A stretch of 63,544 nucleotides of DNA, filler included, from Choristocarpus tenellus KU-1152 (GCA_964200185.2; 15 parts of 15 records of this genome joined end to end with filler, not necessarily neighbours in it), one strand, 5' to 3'. Shown: positions 1 through 13,360, numbered from the whole stretch's first letter. Translations and numbers: made by a program. Notes: generated by a model from the letters alone, not told the origin.

Positions 1-1049
1 GACAGGTGTATCTCTTGTACACTCCTTCTACACCCTTCATCATTGCCTTCATTGCCTCTCCTTTTGCTCAGGTAAAACTAGTATCCCACCAGTACAGTTC
101 AGTACCCCCCTCACCTGTAGCTGTTCCGTCATTTCAAAATATTCAGCTGCTTGTGACAACACCTGCTGATCTAATGACTGCTTCATGTGAACTTTTGCTA
201 CTTCCTTTTGTGCAAAATAGGACAATGGTGAGTTGTACCCTATTTTGTGCATGAGAGATGTAACTAATGAGATAGTACATCTAGATTATGAATGGAATTA
301 GGTATGGGTTATTATTCTGCATTCAACTACTTTGACATAACCGTTGACTTAGGTAGGAAGCACGAATAATAATAAAACAAGCAATGAGAAGACGCCCCAC
401 AAAGGTCACTCTTCTAATTTCAACAATGTAATCACGTTCAGCAATGGGGAACCATGTGAGGCTTCACACCTTCTTGTCTTCACTACTGAAAAATAGCATT
501 ACCCCCCAAGGTACATTGCACACCTCTTCCTCCTTGATCTTGAGTGCGCATTGGGAATGGCCCTCAATAAGCAGCTGTCAGCAAGACTGTGCACTTTCGG
601 CCTGGGAGCAAGTAGGAAGAAATTCAAAACACCGTGGCAGTGACAGATCAGGAATGAAAAGCCAAGGCAAGATGAAGAGCAATTTCCCACGGCACCCAAG
701 GAGATGGCAAAGCCTGGTTTGTATCCTACTGCACAGTGCAGAAAATCTACACCAGCAGGCACAGGTAACAAACTCACTGACATCAGTTCTGCATTTGTTT
801 TCAGCGCTTCCTCAAGTTGGATCTGGCTAACGGGATAAGGCATTTTCTCAACGTCCACGTGGTGCTGAATGCAGTCAGTGTCCGTTCCAAGAGCAACCCT
901 GTGTGTAGTTCGTACAGCATCAAAGCAAGGTGCGAGTGCGTTGGTGAGTTTGGCAAGTGAGGCATAATGGAAAGCCACTACATTTCTATTTGCACTAAAC
1001 CCAGCGTTTCGAGCCCAGGCAAGCTTGATATCTTCCACCTTCTTTCAAC

Positions 1050-3960
1050 ACTGTGTTTCGTTGTGGTGGGAATCTCACATTGCTTAACATTTCACTAGTT
1101 CTGTTGGGAAGTATGTGCTCTAACATTCAGTAGAGGGTGCGGGCTATCTTGAAGGAAAATCTTGGGAAACTCTCAATATTACACTTCTTCTGGGAAGCTA
1201 AAGGGTGGACATCCCATTGCCATTTCCACTTGACTAGAAGGCTTCACGCACATTTGAGTACCATCTCTCCAACCTGCGATTGAAGATTACTCATTTGTAT
1301 CTTTCAATCCTCTCCGAGCATAGAACAAGATGGCACTGACACACATGATAGATATCACACATTAGGTAGCTCATAATGGGATAATCTTGTTCCGGGTATT
1401 GCTGTCAGCACTACAAAAACGGTATGTGCGAAAACGATACAGCAGTACACTTGCAAATACAATATATTTTGACACAACATAGATACACGGACCACATCAT
1501 CATGACAACATTAAGGATTGCTTTAGATACACTGCAGTATGTGATATTTTTTAATACATACTTGTTGGGGGAAACATGTTTGACAAGGGAATTACTTGAT
1601 CCATCCTATGTACCAAAACTACTTGCTACACAGCACCATCTCCCCTTTATGCTAGTCACCTCTCTCTTTCTGGCTCCGCTGCTTCTACAAACCCCTTCTT
1701 CTCATTCTCCCACAATTGGAGTTGCCTGTGGGCATCGATTGTGCAAGACTCAATCCTGTTGGTGAGGTCTGTCCATCTCTCCTGTGGTGTGTATAGGTCA
1801 GGGTCAAGAACAAGAAGGAGGCAGAAGTTCACCAGAGAAAAAATAGGGATAGTGGAGTGATCTGGTGCCTGTAACATGAATAAAATTTATTTCCCTTCGA
1901 AAGTCCTACCTCAACTTCCCTAGAAAGTCCTACCTCAACTTCCCTATATACGACAGGTACACAGAGCATGTGTCAATTTGGCTCATGCATACCTGGGATG
2001 TTCTTAGCCCACTGATGTGTCTGCCAGCTGTGGAGCTAAGTACTACTTCAAACTATCTCCTTCCAACACTTCAAATTGAAAATTGCTCACAGCTAGTACG
2101 TTCTTCTATACCCTCATCTCAGCCTTCGTTGACTCTCTCTTCCTTGGTCAATCCTCAGTCTCTCAACTGCCTTCCTAACGGCAGTCGTCAGTGGCCCTCT
2201 CACCTGAAAGTGATCCTTCAGCTCATTGATCTCAGTAGTATGGAGCAACATGCGCTGATCTAGCACCGCCTCCATCTCCCTCTTGCCTGCTTCCCCAGCT
2301 CCCTGTGAGGCACGTGCACACTGGGAGTGACTATCCGCAAGCATATTCTAGCATGATCGCACAGCCTCGGCCTGGTAGCTGAGGATTTCAGAGCATTACA
2401 AGAATTCTTCGATCAGAAATGATAAAATATACCAAGACAAGACACCAAGCCATCTCCCATGATACTCAAGCACAAATAACAAGCCTGGTGTATGATCTCG
2501 TATAGGAACTATGCAGCAATAGACCCTTTGCAAAGCACCAGAGACACCGGCACCTGGCTTGCATACTGTATGGCAACTCACACAGGGCTGTTCATCACAG
2601 AGTTGTGGCCTGTGTTGAGCAGCACGCCAAGGTCAAGCAAGTGTCTAAGCCACTTATTGGTGGCAAAAATTGTATCATCAGTCAAGTGAAGAAAGTGAAT
2701 GATGGTGTGATTATTTCGAACAACAATACAAAGCTAGTTATGAGCAAGAAAAATTCCCCAACCACACTGATCTCGTGCTCATCTCTTCCTCCTGACTGGT
2801 TTTTACTTCTCCATATCGGCCAGGTCAACATGCCCCTTCTCCACTTCACAGACAGGACCATTGCACTCAGCAATAGGCCTGCAGAAAAGCTTGGTTGACA
2901 TTGGCCTACTGACTATTGTTGATAGTTTCTATTGTCATAAGCAGCCCCATGTGATGTTTCGGATGGTGTGCCGACCGAGGTGCAGGTGTGTTGTTGAGTG
3001 CGGTGATTGTGTCACAGTACAAGGTGGGACCGCAGCACTCTGCACCAACGTGTACAACGTATGTTGTGTGTTAAATACGGGCAAACTTTGGCCATTTCCG
3101 CTGGCTTTCGAACACTGTGCTTCTGTTTCAGGAATCTTGCATTGCTTAGTTCACCAGTGTGCGCGTAGGAGACAATTTGCTTCGACCTTTGGTGGGTCTA
3201 GCTAGACCTTGAAGAAGACTCTTCGGAAACATCAAGTATTATATTTCTGGAGTGCTTACACATAGATATAACCTTGCTATTCCACTTGAGTAGAAGGCTT
3301 GGGCCTTCAATTGAGATGATGCTTAGGTACCATTTCTCCAATCTAGTGGAGACTGCACATTTGGCTCCTTTGATCTACTTTGAGCACAGAACGAGATGGT
3401 ATCTAAAATACAGCCACATATGTGATGGATATCATGCATAAGGGTACCCAATACAGTAGAATGATCTTGTAATACCCTTAGTTACAGAGGTAGGTTATCT
3501 TCAGCACTAAAACATCTACATGCACGAAAACGATAACAGAGCGTTCATGGTGTGTGTATTTTTTTTTGGCACAACATAGGTGCAAGGAGTACATCACCAT
3601 AGACCACATTAAGGATTGTGCTGACGCGCTGAAGTATGGCCATTTTATGTTCGATCTAGGTCAGGGTTTACATGTCGGCAAGGACTAATGCATTCCATGC
3701 ACCCCAGCTACTTGTTGCGCAGCACCACCACCCCCTTATGTCAGTCACCTCTCTTTCTCCCTGGATGCAGCCTCCAGGTACCCCTTCTTCTCCATCTCTG
3801 ACCTTTGTACTTGCTCTTTTTCATTTGTTTGGCATGCCTCCAGCTTGTTGGCAAGNNNNNNNNNNCTCCTGTAGTTCATGGAGTGCAGGGTCAAGAATAA
3901 GAAGGAACCAAAGGCCCACAAGAAGAGCAAATGCAAAGGCGGTGGAATGACCAGAATCTT
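1050..3960. repeat. Diverged direct duplication within the Copia region (about 1050-1880 vs about 3200-3960)
   Basis: Shared blocks such as ttccacttga(c/g)tagaaggctt, acattaaggattg and gtcacctctct(c)ttt; paralogous peptides ending EKKGFVEAAEPERER and EKKGYLEAASREKER. Confidence 0.85.
1899..1946. repeat. Perfect 24-bp tandem duplication gaaagtcctacctcaacttcccta x2
   Basis: Direct reading. Confidence 0.95.
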
Positions 3961-6900
3961 CCGCTTTACTCAGATGTCTTGTCCTTCAAAAAGCCCCACC
4001 CCGCGTTCTCTCAATGCAACAAACAGCAGAATACAAGGAGATTCACCATGCTGATGTTGTACTTTGCACACACCAATTTGACTGACTGAATACATGTTGT
4101 ATGGAGGAGGTCGTACCTCAGACGCTCTCAGCATCACCGACATGTCTGCCAGCTTTGCAGTCAAGTGCTCCCTCTGAGGGGAAAGGGAGGAGAAATGAAA
4201 CGAGATTAGATTTGCAGAGCAGAGGCTAGAGTAAGCAGTCCAGAGCCTCATGGCAATGTATTACGGTCTATATGTTGTTCAAACCTTCGACCAGGTACAC
4301 AGTGACAAGTTGAATGTGGGATAACACCAGGGATTATCAAAGCATTGTAATGCCTACCTCATGCCGCCCATTACTGACAAGCTCATCGGCGATGAGCAGG
4401 TCCATTTCCAGGACTCTCAAGGCCTCCTGGGTTGATGCAATCTGTCGCCACTGGTCAAGCAGAAGCTGCTGCACTTGGGGCCTCCTGGGCACCTGCATGT
4501 TGTATGTTTCAAAAGGCAGGATCATGATCATGTAATTGCCAATGAGTGTATGACCGGTTGAATCAACATTGTTTCTCCTATGGGGGTTCAAAACTGCATG
4601 TCCTCTATGGGACTTATTCACATTGCTGAAACCATCATCTGAATATGGATTTGAAGTATCTGGAGGGGGAATGAATGCATGGCGGAGATGCTTGAGTAGG
4701 GTATGTACCATCTGCCTAGCTCTTCATTGAGCCAGTACCTCTCAGAATACCACGATCACGGCAATGTCACATGGGGGCTGGGAGAACCGGAGTGATGAGG
4801 AAATATCCCTGCAACTGCCTCTACTTTGGTTGCGAATTTTGACAAAGGAGTGATGCACTTCTTGGGTAAGATGGCGATCATGTATAAAAGGGATTTCCAT
4901 GGGCGTCACATCACAAGTACTATAAAAAGAGTTTCTACAGCATTACTCCAAGTGGGTGCGCCTAGTTCAAAATGCCACAGATGGAAGACATGGGTATCCA
5001 GGTACATAGTGCAGGAAGTAGGCAACACAAACACAACTTAATGACCTCCCAGAAAGTTGAGAAGTGTGAAAGCCCAATGTTGCAGAGAATATGCCTACTT
5101 CTTGTGAAGGGAACGAGGCTGAAGTACTGGTGGTGTGATCTTACCTGAGCATAAACCAGCAAACTGTGTCCATGAAGCTCAAGACAGTATGGCACGAGAC
5201 AGTTGATCAAGCATGGCAGGCTCAAATACAAGGGTAATTCCATTCACCTCGGAAACTACATACGAATAAAATGACAATGGTGTGCAGGGTTAAACATCCG
5301 AGCCAAGGTGTGTGTGGGAGCTGCAGGACTTGATGAGGCAGTCCCACTGAATATGATATGTTGCTCGCCTTGGTGCGTCCTGCCCAAATGGTGAGGGCGG
5401 TTTCTTCAGGACAAACTGATATGCACTCCCAGTGGGGCTCTGGAAGAATAGTCCATGTACCACTGAGACCCTTCTGCTCGCAAGGTTTGCGGGGACCACA
5501 GAAGAGGTTGCCCAACAACGATTGTAGTACCTCTCTTATGCTCTGACTCTGTAAGCAGATGGGGAGAGCACTTGGGTCAGGCAGATTGAGTAATGGAGAG
5601 GAGATGGTGATCTACCTTTTGTTTCATTTTTTGCGAAGAAGATATGGTGAAGATGGAACGGCACCAGACCACTAGTACCTCCCACTCACTGATGCACATT
5701 TCTCGAGAGTTCCCCTCTTGCTTTTCGTGGTCATATTTGTCCTCAATATGACCTGACCTGTTACATTCCTGCCCTAGGAATAGCGATAGAGACGGTTGAC
5801 TGCCTACACCTCAGAAAATAGGATGTATATTGGGTATTGATGAACTCCTCTTGCCAGTGTACCACTCGATCAAGAAGATTTATAGGATTTGATTCGACAT
5901 CTGGTACCCACCCTCATCCTATCTCACCACAGTGAAGCCTCAAGGTGCTCCACACAAAAACACTTACAAGATTACCAGTTGTGACATCTACCGAAGAGTA
6001 CCCAAAATCACCAGATCTCATCGCCGAGAGGAATGATTAGGGCACTATTGACGATGGATGTCTATTCCACTGAAGACCCCCTTCTGTTTGGAGTGACTGA
6101 GGGAATACAATCTTACCTTTGAAGTCAAGCCACCCTTCTTCGATACCGCCACTGTAGTAGTGTTGACAACACCCCCCGTGACAACTCCACCTGACACCTC
6201 CAGGGCTCCTTGATCATCCTCATCAATGTAATGTGTGGTGGTGTTGGCCTGTAGAAGATGAGAGGTGTATCAACAACAGGAAAATGAGCGAATATTAATA
6301 GATAGCCTGGGTTACAGGGACAGATTCAAAATAATTCTTACAGTGGGAAATGACCTGAAAGAGAGGATGGTATTTGTATATTAGATGCAGCACAAACTTA
6401 TATACTTGTTGCACCTCTGTGGGTATTGTTGGAATTGGTGAATACGGAATTTGACTAAAAAAACTCTAGACATACATACTCTCAGTCAATTGAGGATCGG
6501 AATTTTGTTCTGTTCATGTGAGAATGTTAGTATGAACATTGTACTTGTATGCATGTATGGATCCTTCTTTTTTAGTAGCTTTGGGCTACACAAAACGAGA
6601 CTTTATCTCGCCCTCTTGAAGTCTCATCGAGTTGAGTTTCTGCTGGTATTGTCCTATTATCAACTGTTCCCCTTCTTGTCCATTTCAGCTATATACCACA
6701 ACACCATGATCGGGTTGTAATAGTAGCTTTATTCCTGTTGCTGCCAATACCTCGAGGAAAGCAAGATAGAGGCTAATAACCCATTTTCAGTACTACTCTG
6801 TACCTCGATAGCACACCAACATGCCTTCCTCTTTTCAATGGGAACAGTAACTAAACGAGATGGGCAGATCGACTGACCAGTCCAAACTTACTCTATAATA

Positions 6901-7419
6901 TACAGGATTCTAGCCACAAAACTTGCAGAGGTCCTCCCTTGGAACATTGTAAAATTCCTCACACGAATACGCCACCCTTACCACAAGCTCAGTTTTTGTT
7001 TTGACAGTAGAAAATCTTTAGTATCGCACCAATTTGAATGGAAATTGAGTGCACACATTGGCCTACATGTATTGCATATCACAAAACTAAGTTCTTGCTG
7101 TTCAAGCTCTTGCTGAGGACTTCGTAGTATTGCCGCTTCATCTTTTCCTATGTTAATATTGCTACAACAATAATGTAGCCTTCAACAATGCTTCCAAGAA
7201 AACTATGGTCCCAAGCATTTGCTCTATCTTGTGTATTGTGCAAACCCCTTACAAATATTTATAAATCCGTTTGGAAGAGAAGAAAATTGGTGTTAGATTG
7301 TGGACCTCATGACGGTTTTACTGGAAGTTGTAAGTGGCAAATGTATGTCAATTTCAGAACATAATTTCACGCTATTCGACTTTCCTTACTATATATTTAT
7401 GATTTTTATACTCACATTA

Positions 7420-8103
7420 AATATTCACCTTCCGAATATTGACATATTGACTCCAACCTTAAATAACAGCATATCAACACTTTATCCCAGTCAATTTTGG
7501 GTCAAGCCCATCCTCAATGAAAAGCTCCATCCTCATTTTTTAAATCAGCTGTTAAATGCATAACTCACATCTATGTAATAATCAATCTTATCATCTACGG
7601 CTAGTGAAGTATCTCCACTATATGTATGTTCTGCAAGTTTAGATATTTTTCCAAGCTGAGTGTGCAGGACGTTTTTCCAGTCAAAGTCTGGATCAAATGC
7701 CATTACTAGGATCAAATTAATGTAATTAACAATATAGTAGTGTAGTCCGGACTATGGTTGTTGAAGGTGGTAGACGGTAACAAAATGCTGGATGTAATGT
7801 CAAGTTTCTTCATTTCAGTAGTAACACCGTGTGTAGATACTCTGTAGGTTCCGGCTTAATAGTGATAATATCAGCACCAGCAATCCAAGTACATATATTT
7901 AAGTAACTTTCTGGAGTTTCAATAATCAAACGTACATGAAAAGGAAGATGATAGCTTTTTATTACTGGAAGTGCAAATGTTAGATTCAGTAGAATACACG
8001 CATCCATTGCATCAGCATGTATCATATCTGCACCTGGTTTCTAATGGTTTTAATTTCTTGTTCTAAATAGAAAGACTGGAGGGAATACACAGGGTGATGA
8101 CAT
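7420..8103 (-). pseudogene. rpe: Ribulose-phosphate 3-epimerase pseudogene, bacterial type, intronless
   Basis: Collinear degenerate motifs across frameshifts: LEQEIKTI..GADMIHADAMD (canonical GADxIHxDVMD), NLTFALPVIKS, LPFHVRLII (LPFDVHLMI), AGADIITI, LILVMAFDPDF (LVMxVNPGFGGQ), TQLGKISKL, LAVDDKID (VDGGI), VGVNMSIFG. Confidence 0.85.
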
Positions 8104-8449
8104 TTTTTCCTTTTATTATTCTATGTTCCAGGTTACTTTTGGTTTTTCATATTGGGTTTTATTTAATAAGTGATGTTAGCTACTTCAAAGTAATCAGTGA
8201 GTATTTATCTCCTCGCCTATCTCGACGCCTTTAGTGTGTAAATAATGGGCAAGACGGAGATTTTCTATATGTGGGATGTCATGTTCTTTTTGTGTTCCCC
8301 AGATACTCTGCGATATTAGATCACAACCTTTTGCTACTCACGCTAGTGCTGCAAGACTTTACAATCGTTTTTGGAGCATCGGCATAGTGTTCTGGGTTGA
8401 GTTGGTTACACCAACTATCGCTTGTGGTACAGTAAGCCTAATTCGATTT

Positions 8450-8650
8450 GAGAGTCAAAGTAAAAGAGATGTACCCAGGTTTTGGCCATTTTTCATTTTT
8501 AGCCACTTCTCATCTTTTTCGACTTGCCCTTGTTCTTATGGTTGAAGTGCAAAGATTGACATGAGACTGTTGGTTTCTCTATTGTTTTAAAAAAATTGGA
8601 CATAATTTAGCAAAAGGTCGAATTTTGCACTAAATTGTCAGCTTCCTTCA
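8450..8650 (+). repeat. Dispersed repeat; second copy inverted at about 24650-24890
   Basis: Shared gagtcaa(a/g)gtaaa...caggttttggcc..ttt...agcca and atgg(t/g)tgaagtgc..att...ttgttt. Confidence 0.6.
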
Positions 8651-9382
8651 AATGCAATCCTGGGTATCTCTCGTTTACTTTGACTCTGAGTTGTTTGTTC
8701 TCCTCATGTAAGCTCTGGATTTTATATTATTTCAGGGACACATTATCTTTGTTGTATTCATCTTGGACTTCTTATTTCCTCATTACTCGTTTTTGTGTTA
8801 TGTTTGTAACTTTTATATGAAGAATCAATTGCAGCAATAACACCCATGACTATAGGAACTAATACAGATATATCCTTTCCCACAGTACCATAGACAGTTT
8901 ATCTAAAATACAGGCTATTGCTAGTTTTCAATGCTGGTTAAGCTCTGTTATGACCGCAAGTCGAAGTAATGTAACTGATATAACAAAAGCTAAAATGAAA
9001 GATATTTCAACACATCCATTTCAGTAACTCGACGTAAAATTTTGATAGAGAGAGAAAGTCGACCAAATCCCTTCACTAAGAAGGTTTTGGAGAGTTTTGG
9101 TTGTATGTTTTCTGTTGCAAAATATAATCTCCATTCAGAGCATAGAAGGAGAAAATTACCATAATAATGACTACAGGAAAACTGAGCTAGAAAATAAAGC
9201 ACGACATTTTCATTACTTTGGAAAGGGGGTAAAAGCACTCCTTGATCAAGAGGAATATTAACTGAATTTTCAACAGATAATTCGATTTGACACCTAATAG
9301 CACGAAAATGGGAGGAACGATCCAGATAGTGACAAGAGTTGAAAGTGAAAACGTAATAGAAAGCTAGTGCCCACTTTTGAAT

Positions 9383-9482
9383 NNNNNNNNNNNNNNNNNN
9401 NNNNNNNNNNNNNNNNNNNNNNNNNNTTAATTAATTAANNNNNNNNNNNNNNNNNNNNNNNNNNNNNNNNNNNNNNNNNNNN
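9383..9482. other. Artificial contig linker N44-TTAATTAATTAA-N44. Others at 12112, 15054, 17765, 21833, 27096, 32033, 35058, 40799, 44290, 47198, 52954, 57782 and 60670, each 100 bp.
   Basis: Identical spacer with stops in all six frames, repeated 14 times. Confidence 0.99.
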
Positions 9483-10571
9483 GGGGGGTGGGCTGGGGGG
9501 GGTGGGGGGGGGGGTTGGGGGAAGGGGATTAGGATGGAACATAATATCAATGCAGCGACGGCAAAGGGCAGAGTGACACCCCGGGTACACAAGACTCCTG
9601 AGCATGACAAATTGTCCCTGGCACTAACAACACCCTCAAAAAACAGTAAAAAAATTAAAATAAACTACGGAACAGCTCGTACAGGACATCAAGCCAAAAA
9701 CAAATACACTGAATGCAAACTTCAGGAGTAAAAAAACAAACACTCCTTGCAACACTAACAGTATAAATCGGAACTGATCACAATCTGAGAAACCAATTGC
9801 TACCTTCACAAACACAAAATAAACTCTGGTGCCTCTTACCATAGTCATATATTTTACGTTAGAGCATACAGGGCAGTGCTGGGGGTGTATGGGTTTTGAA
9901 CACGATTGCTAGGCATTAACCCATCTTACTCTCACAGCAAAGGTCTTGGAATTGGGATCGAGACCACAACTAAACGCCAGTCCTGCATAGAACTCCTAAT
10001 CCCCCACTGAGGTGGCACTACTTCAATGAGTACAACAGTGCCTCAAGCAGCAACACACTAGTACAAGCACAGAAACAGTGTGTGTACAACTTCAAACCGA
10101 TCGGGAAATTTCCTCTCTACTTTCACTTCCGAGTACAACACATTGGGAGTAACTTTATCGCTGCCAAGACTCACTACGGAAACATCTCACGTAGGAAGAG
10201 TTGTGCACAGGCAGGCACAGGCAGAGCCCCACCTATTCCAGTAGCCTGCGCCACAGCAGACTACCCCAATGGCGCTATTCGAAATTGAAAAGTGACTCAT
10301 CACACTGTTTCGCCAAGCAAGGTTGGAACGCCATGTGCCCTCCAAGCAAGCACACAACCAAACGTATACACCAGTAGGGATAATAATGGCGGAGTGATGC
10401 AAGGAGCACCCCAAAGAACACCGAAAAGACACGACGCTGTGGCAAAGTGGTTTCAAAGCTGAAGCTCGAGATAGATACGGGGTACAAACTAGAGCAAAAA
10501 CAAAAACAAGCTCCTTGATCAACGATCCGGGCGCTTCACACAAGAAAACACTTGGAAGCGAAAATGACGGT

Positions 10572-10631
10572 TTACTGAAAATGGCATTACTGAAAATTAC
10601 ATTACTAAAAATTACATTACTGAAAATTACA
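10572..10631. repeat. 15-bp tandem repeat x4 (ttactgaaaattaca)
   Basis: Direct reading. Confidence 0.95.
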
Positions 10632-10694
10632 CGATCGTGCTGAAATAGTACCAAACAAAGGAACCAACATGACAAACACGACACTCGGCTCAAA

Positions 10695-10716
10695 CCCTAA
10701 CCCTAACCCTAACCCT
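10695..10716. repeat. Interstitial telomere-type (CCCTAA)3+
   Basis: Direct reading. Confidence 0.9.
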
Positions 10717-10952
10717 GAAAATAATAGTCATAATCATCACCATCACCTAATGCGTGGTGATACAGCAGGAGGTACTCTCAGGATGAGAATCTCAAAAAAA
10801 TTTAGCTTGAAGCACGCCTTCACTAATATGCATTCACCTATTTCTTGAACGGAGAAGAGTTCTAGCGCAAGGGTGTCCATTTCTATCTCTATTTTTCTGA
10901 TATCTATTACCTTCTTCTTTTTTGTAATAGATATTTTTATTTCTATTGTACG

Positions 10953-11055
10953 CTCCCTCCGTCCCTTTAAGTCCGTGCCTTTATGCACGTGCCTCTTCAG
11001 GATGACCTCCGATTTCAAAAACGGAATTTTGCGTTGGATTCCTTGACATCTTTTT
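10953..11055 (+). mobile_element. Truncated Stowaway-type MITE end
   Basis: Begins CTCCCTCCGTCCC; about 100 bp similar to the left TIR of the element at 11158. Confidence 0.8.
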
Positions 11056-11157
11056 TGTAAGATGAGTTGTACTTGAAAAGATTTATCAAGGTCTGGACCG
11101 TGTTGAAGCATAGGCTACTCATCTTTCATGTTACTGATATATATATATATATATATA

Positions 11158-11592
11158 CTCCCTCTGTCCCATAGGTCTGTTCCTTTATGCATGTAACTCT
11201 TTGGGATGACCTCCGATTTCAAAATGGATTTTTGCATTGGATTCCTTGACATTTTTTTTTTCGTTCATAACATTTTTTTTCTTTTCATTCATAACATTTT
11301 TTTCTTTTCGTTCATAACTTTTTTCTTTTCGTTCATAACATTTTTTATTGGTTTCAGTCAACGCCGTCAATCCACCAATTAACTCAGTGCCTTCTTGTGG
11401 GTCTATGCCCACCTAACCTCTGTTCCATCATTTCAGAACAGTTTTGGGATATATATATTTTTAATATAACTCATCTTACGCAAAAAAAAAATAAAAAAAT
11501 CGAGTAATCCAATGCCAAAAAATCGGTTTTCAAATCGAAGGTCATCCCAAAGAGGTACATCCATAAGGACCAGACCTATGGGACAGAGGGAG
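11158..11592. mobile_element. Complete Stowaway-type MITE (Tc1/mariner derivative)
   Basis: TA|CTCCCTCTGTCCCATAGGTCTG ... CAGACCTATGGGACAGAGGGAG|TA; about 100-bp imperfect TIRs; inserted in a (TA)n tract; internal ~21-bp repeats ttttcgttcataacatt. Confidence 0.92.
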
Positions 11593-13207
11593 TATATATA
11601 TCAGTAAAGTAGATTATAGAAAAATACCTTTCACATTTATGATAGCTGATACTTTTTCAGGGGTTGTTCTAATATAGAATTGACTTTTCATTGGTTGAGT
11701 GCCAACCCAAGGACAGCAAGGTATACATTCCACAGGGAGGTGTTCATTCCTTCCATTCCCCAGGTTGACCCACATAAACAAAACTCACCTGCGCCATGAG
11801 CTCCAGAGGTCTGGGGTCTGAGTCCTCCTCCCCCCCACCAACTGTAAGCACACTGGCATCATCTGGCAGGGTCTGAAAGTGTTCTGTGACAACCCCAACA
11901 GCGTAAGGTCCCCTGCCCCCCATGGGAATCAACTTGGGCATGAAGAACCGTCTGCCAGGAAGCAGGTACATGTATTGGTCGATTCGAGGTTGGAAGCTAC
12001 GGCATCATTTTAGGGGCAACAGATGGTAGCTCTCATTGGGGGGTCAAGATTTTTTTTTTTTAAGGCGAAGGGTGTGTCATGCACTCAGTGACCCAAATAT
12101 AGCTGAGTAAGNNNNNNNNNNNNNNNNNNNNNNNNNNNNNNNNNNNNNNNNNNNNTTAATTAATTAANNNNNNNNNNNNNNNNNNNNNNNNNNNNNNNNN
12201 NNNNNNNNNNNTTTGTTTTCGTCCCCCCCTCCCCCCCCCCCCTCCCCCTCTCTTCCTGGGGGGTCTCTCGCATAGGTTTTTGGATTTTTTTTTTCTACAT
12301 TGTGTTGTCATTTTTTTTATTATATGTATATATATTTATTTATTTTTGAGGAGTTTATGGTAGTGGTACGTGTCTTTCCCGATTGAGGTTATTACTTTTT
12401 TTCAGCTTCATTGTGCAATCCCATGATTATTTATTTATATATATATGTATATATATTTATTTTTGAGGATTTTTTTTTGGAATTATCTTGATTAGTATTT
12501 TTAAAAAAATCTTTGAAGTACTTGGATCATTTCATTAGTTAGTATTGTTTTGATCTTGAAGTTATTGCTCTAGCAGTAAGATATGGAAGAGATCTCTGGC
12601 AGTGTGCTGTAATGTGTATACCACACTTACAAGTATTCTTCCAGCTCGTGTGTGCACTGGCTATTTCATACTATTTATTGATCGTAATTGAGCCGGTTCA
12701 TATTGCTTGCACCGGCTATATATATTTTAAAATCAATCCCCATCCTACCTCGATTTCTCCATTTTTTCCTAACAGGTCAATTGTATTGGGAACATTATTT
12801 GATTGTCACTTCTGTTGGAATATATAGCTCTATCACGAAGTGCTGACATCACCCCCTTTCTTTTCTTTTCTTTTCTTCTATCACAAAACCGCCACACGTG
12901 TTGAGTTTCTTTTTTCTTTAAGCATCTTCCCCCACCAATCCTTAATCCTAACCCTAACCCTACTATTCCTTCCTGCCCCTCTTCCTTCCTCTCCCTCCCT
13001 CCCTCCCCCCCCCCTTGTCCCCCCTTACCGCCTTCATATATATTCTCTTCTTTTTTTTTCGTTTTTTTCTTTTTTTTTTTTTTNNNNNNNNNNCTCCCTC
13101 CCCCTCTCCTGTCCCCCCTTTACCGCATACATATATATATCTATCTATATATATGGATTATTATTTTTTTTACTCGTATGATTTTTTTTTTCATGTGAAA
13201 TGACAAG

Positions 13208-13360
13208 GACCGGTTTGGTGCTGATCTGGGAGAGGAGGTTTGGGAAGGGTGCAATGCAGTGTTTGATCGCTTGCCCTTGGCAACCATCATCGATCATGAC
13301 ATCTTCTGTGTACATGGTGGTATCCCCAGACCTCTGCCGGACTCTACCTCCCGAGTGCAG
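13208..13360 (+). CDS. PPP-family Ser/Thr protein phosphatase, internal exon
   Basis: AG/GT bounded; [40 protein letters not shown] (the FDxLPL..IFCVHGG motif). Confidence 0.92.

Larger units (their letters stand above)
1..7250 (-). mobile_element. Cluster of degenerate Ty1/Copia LTR-retrotransposon remnants (integrase/RT/RNase H/gag fragments)
   Basis: Minus-strand fragments with stops and frameshifts. RT-like 'PYPVSQIQLEEA...YKPGFAISLG' at 499-1038; RNase H-like 'GPTLYCD...AHHPKH...ANVNQAF' at about 2880-3030; RT-start-like segment (Copia KARLVAQGFTQ motif, degenerate) at about 5830-5910. Confidence 0.7.

Noticed and set aside
6427-6703. Solo LTR (TGTTG...CAACA)
   Set aside because: No matching target-site duplication and no second copy seen
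8104-8114. Shine-Dalgarno AAGGA before the rpe ATG
   Set aside because: The true start of the decayed gene is uncertain, and the motif is likely by chance in A-rich DNA
10695-10716. True telomere (also 57672-57697)
   Set aside because: Only 3-4 units, internal to contigs
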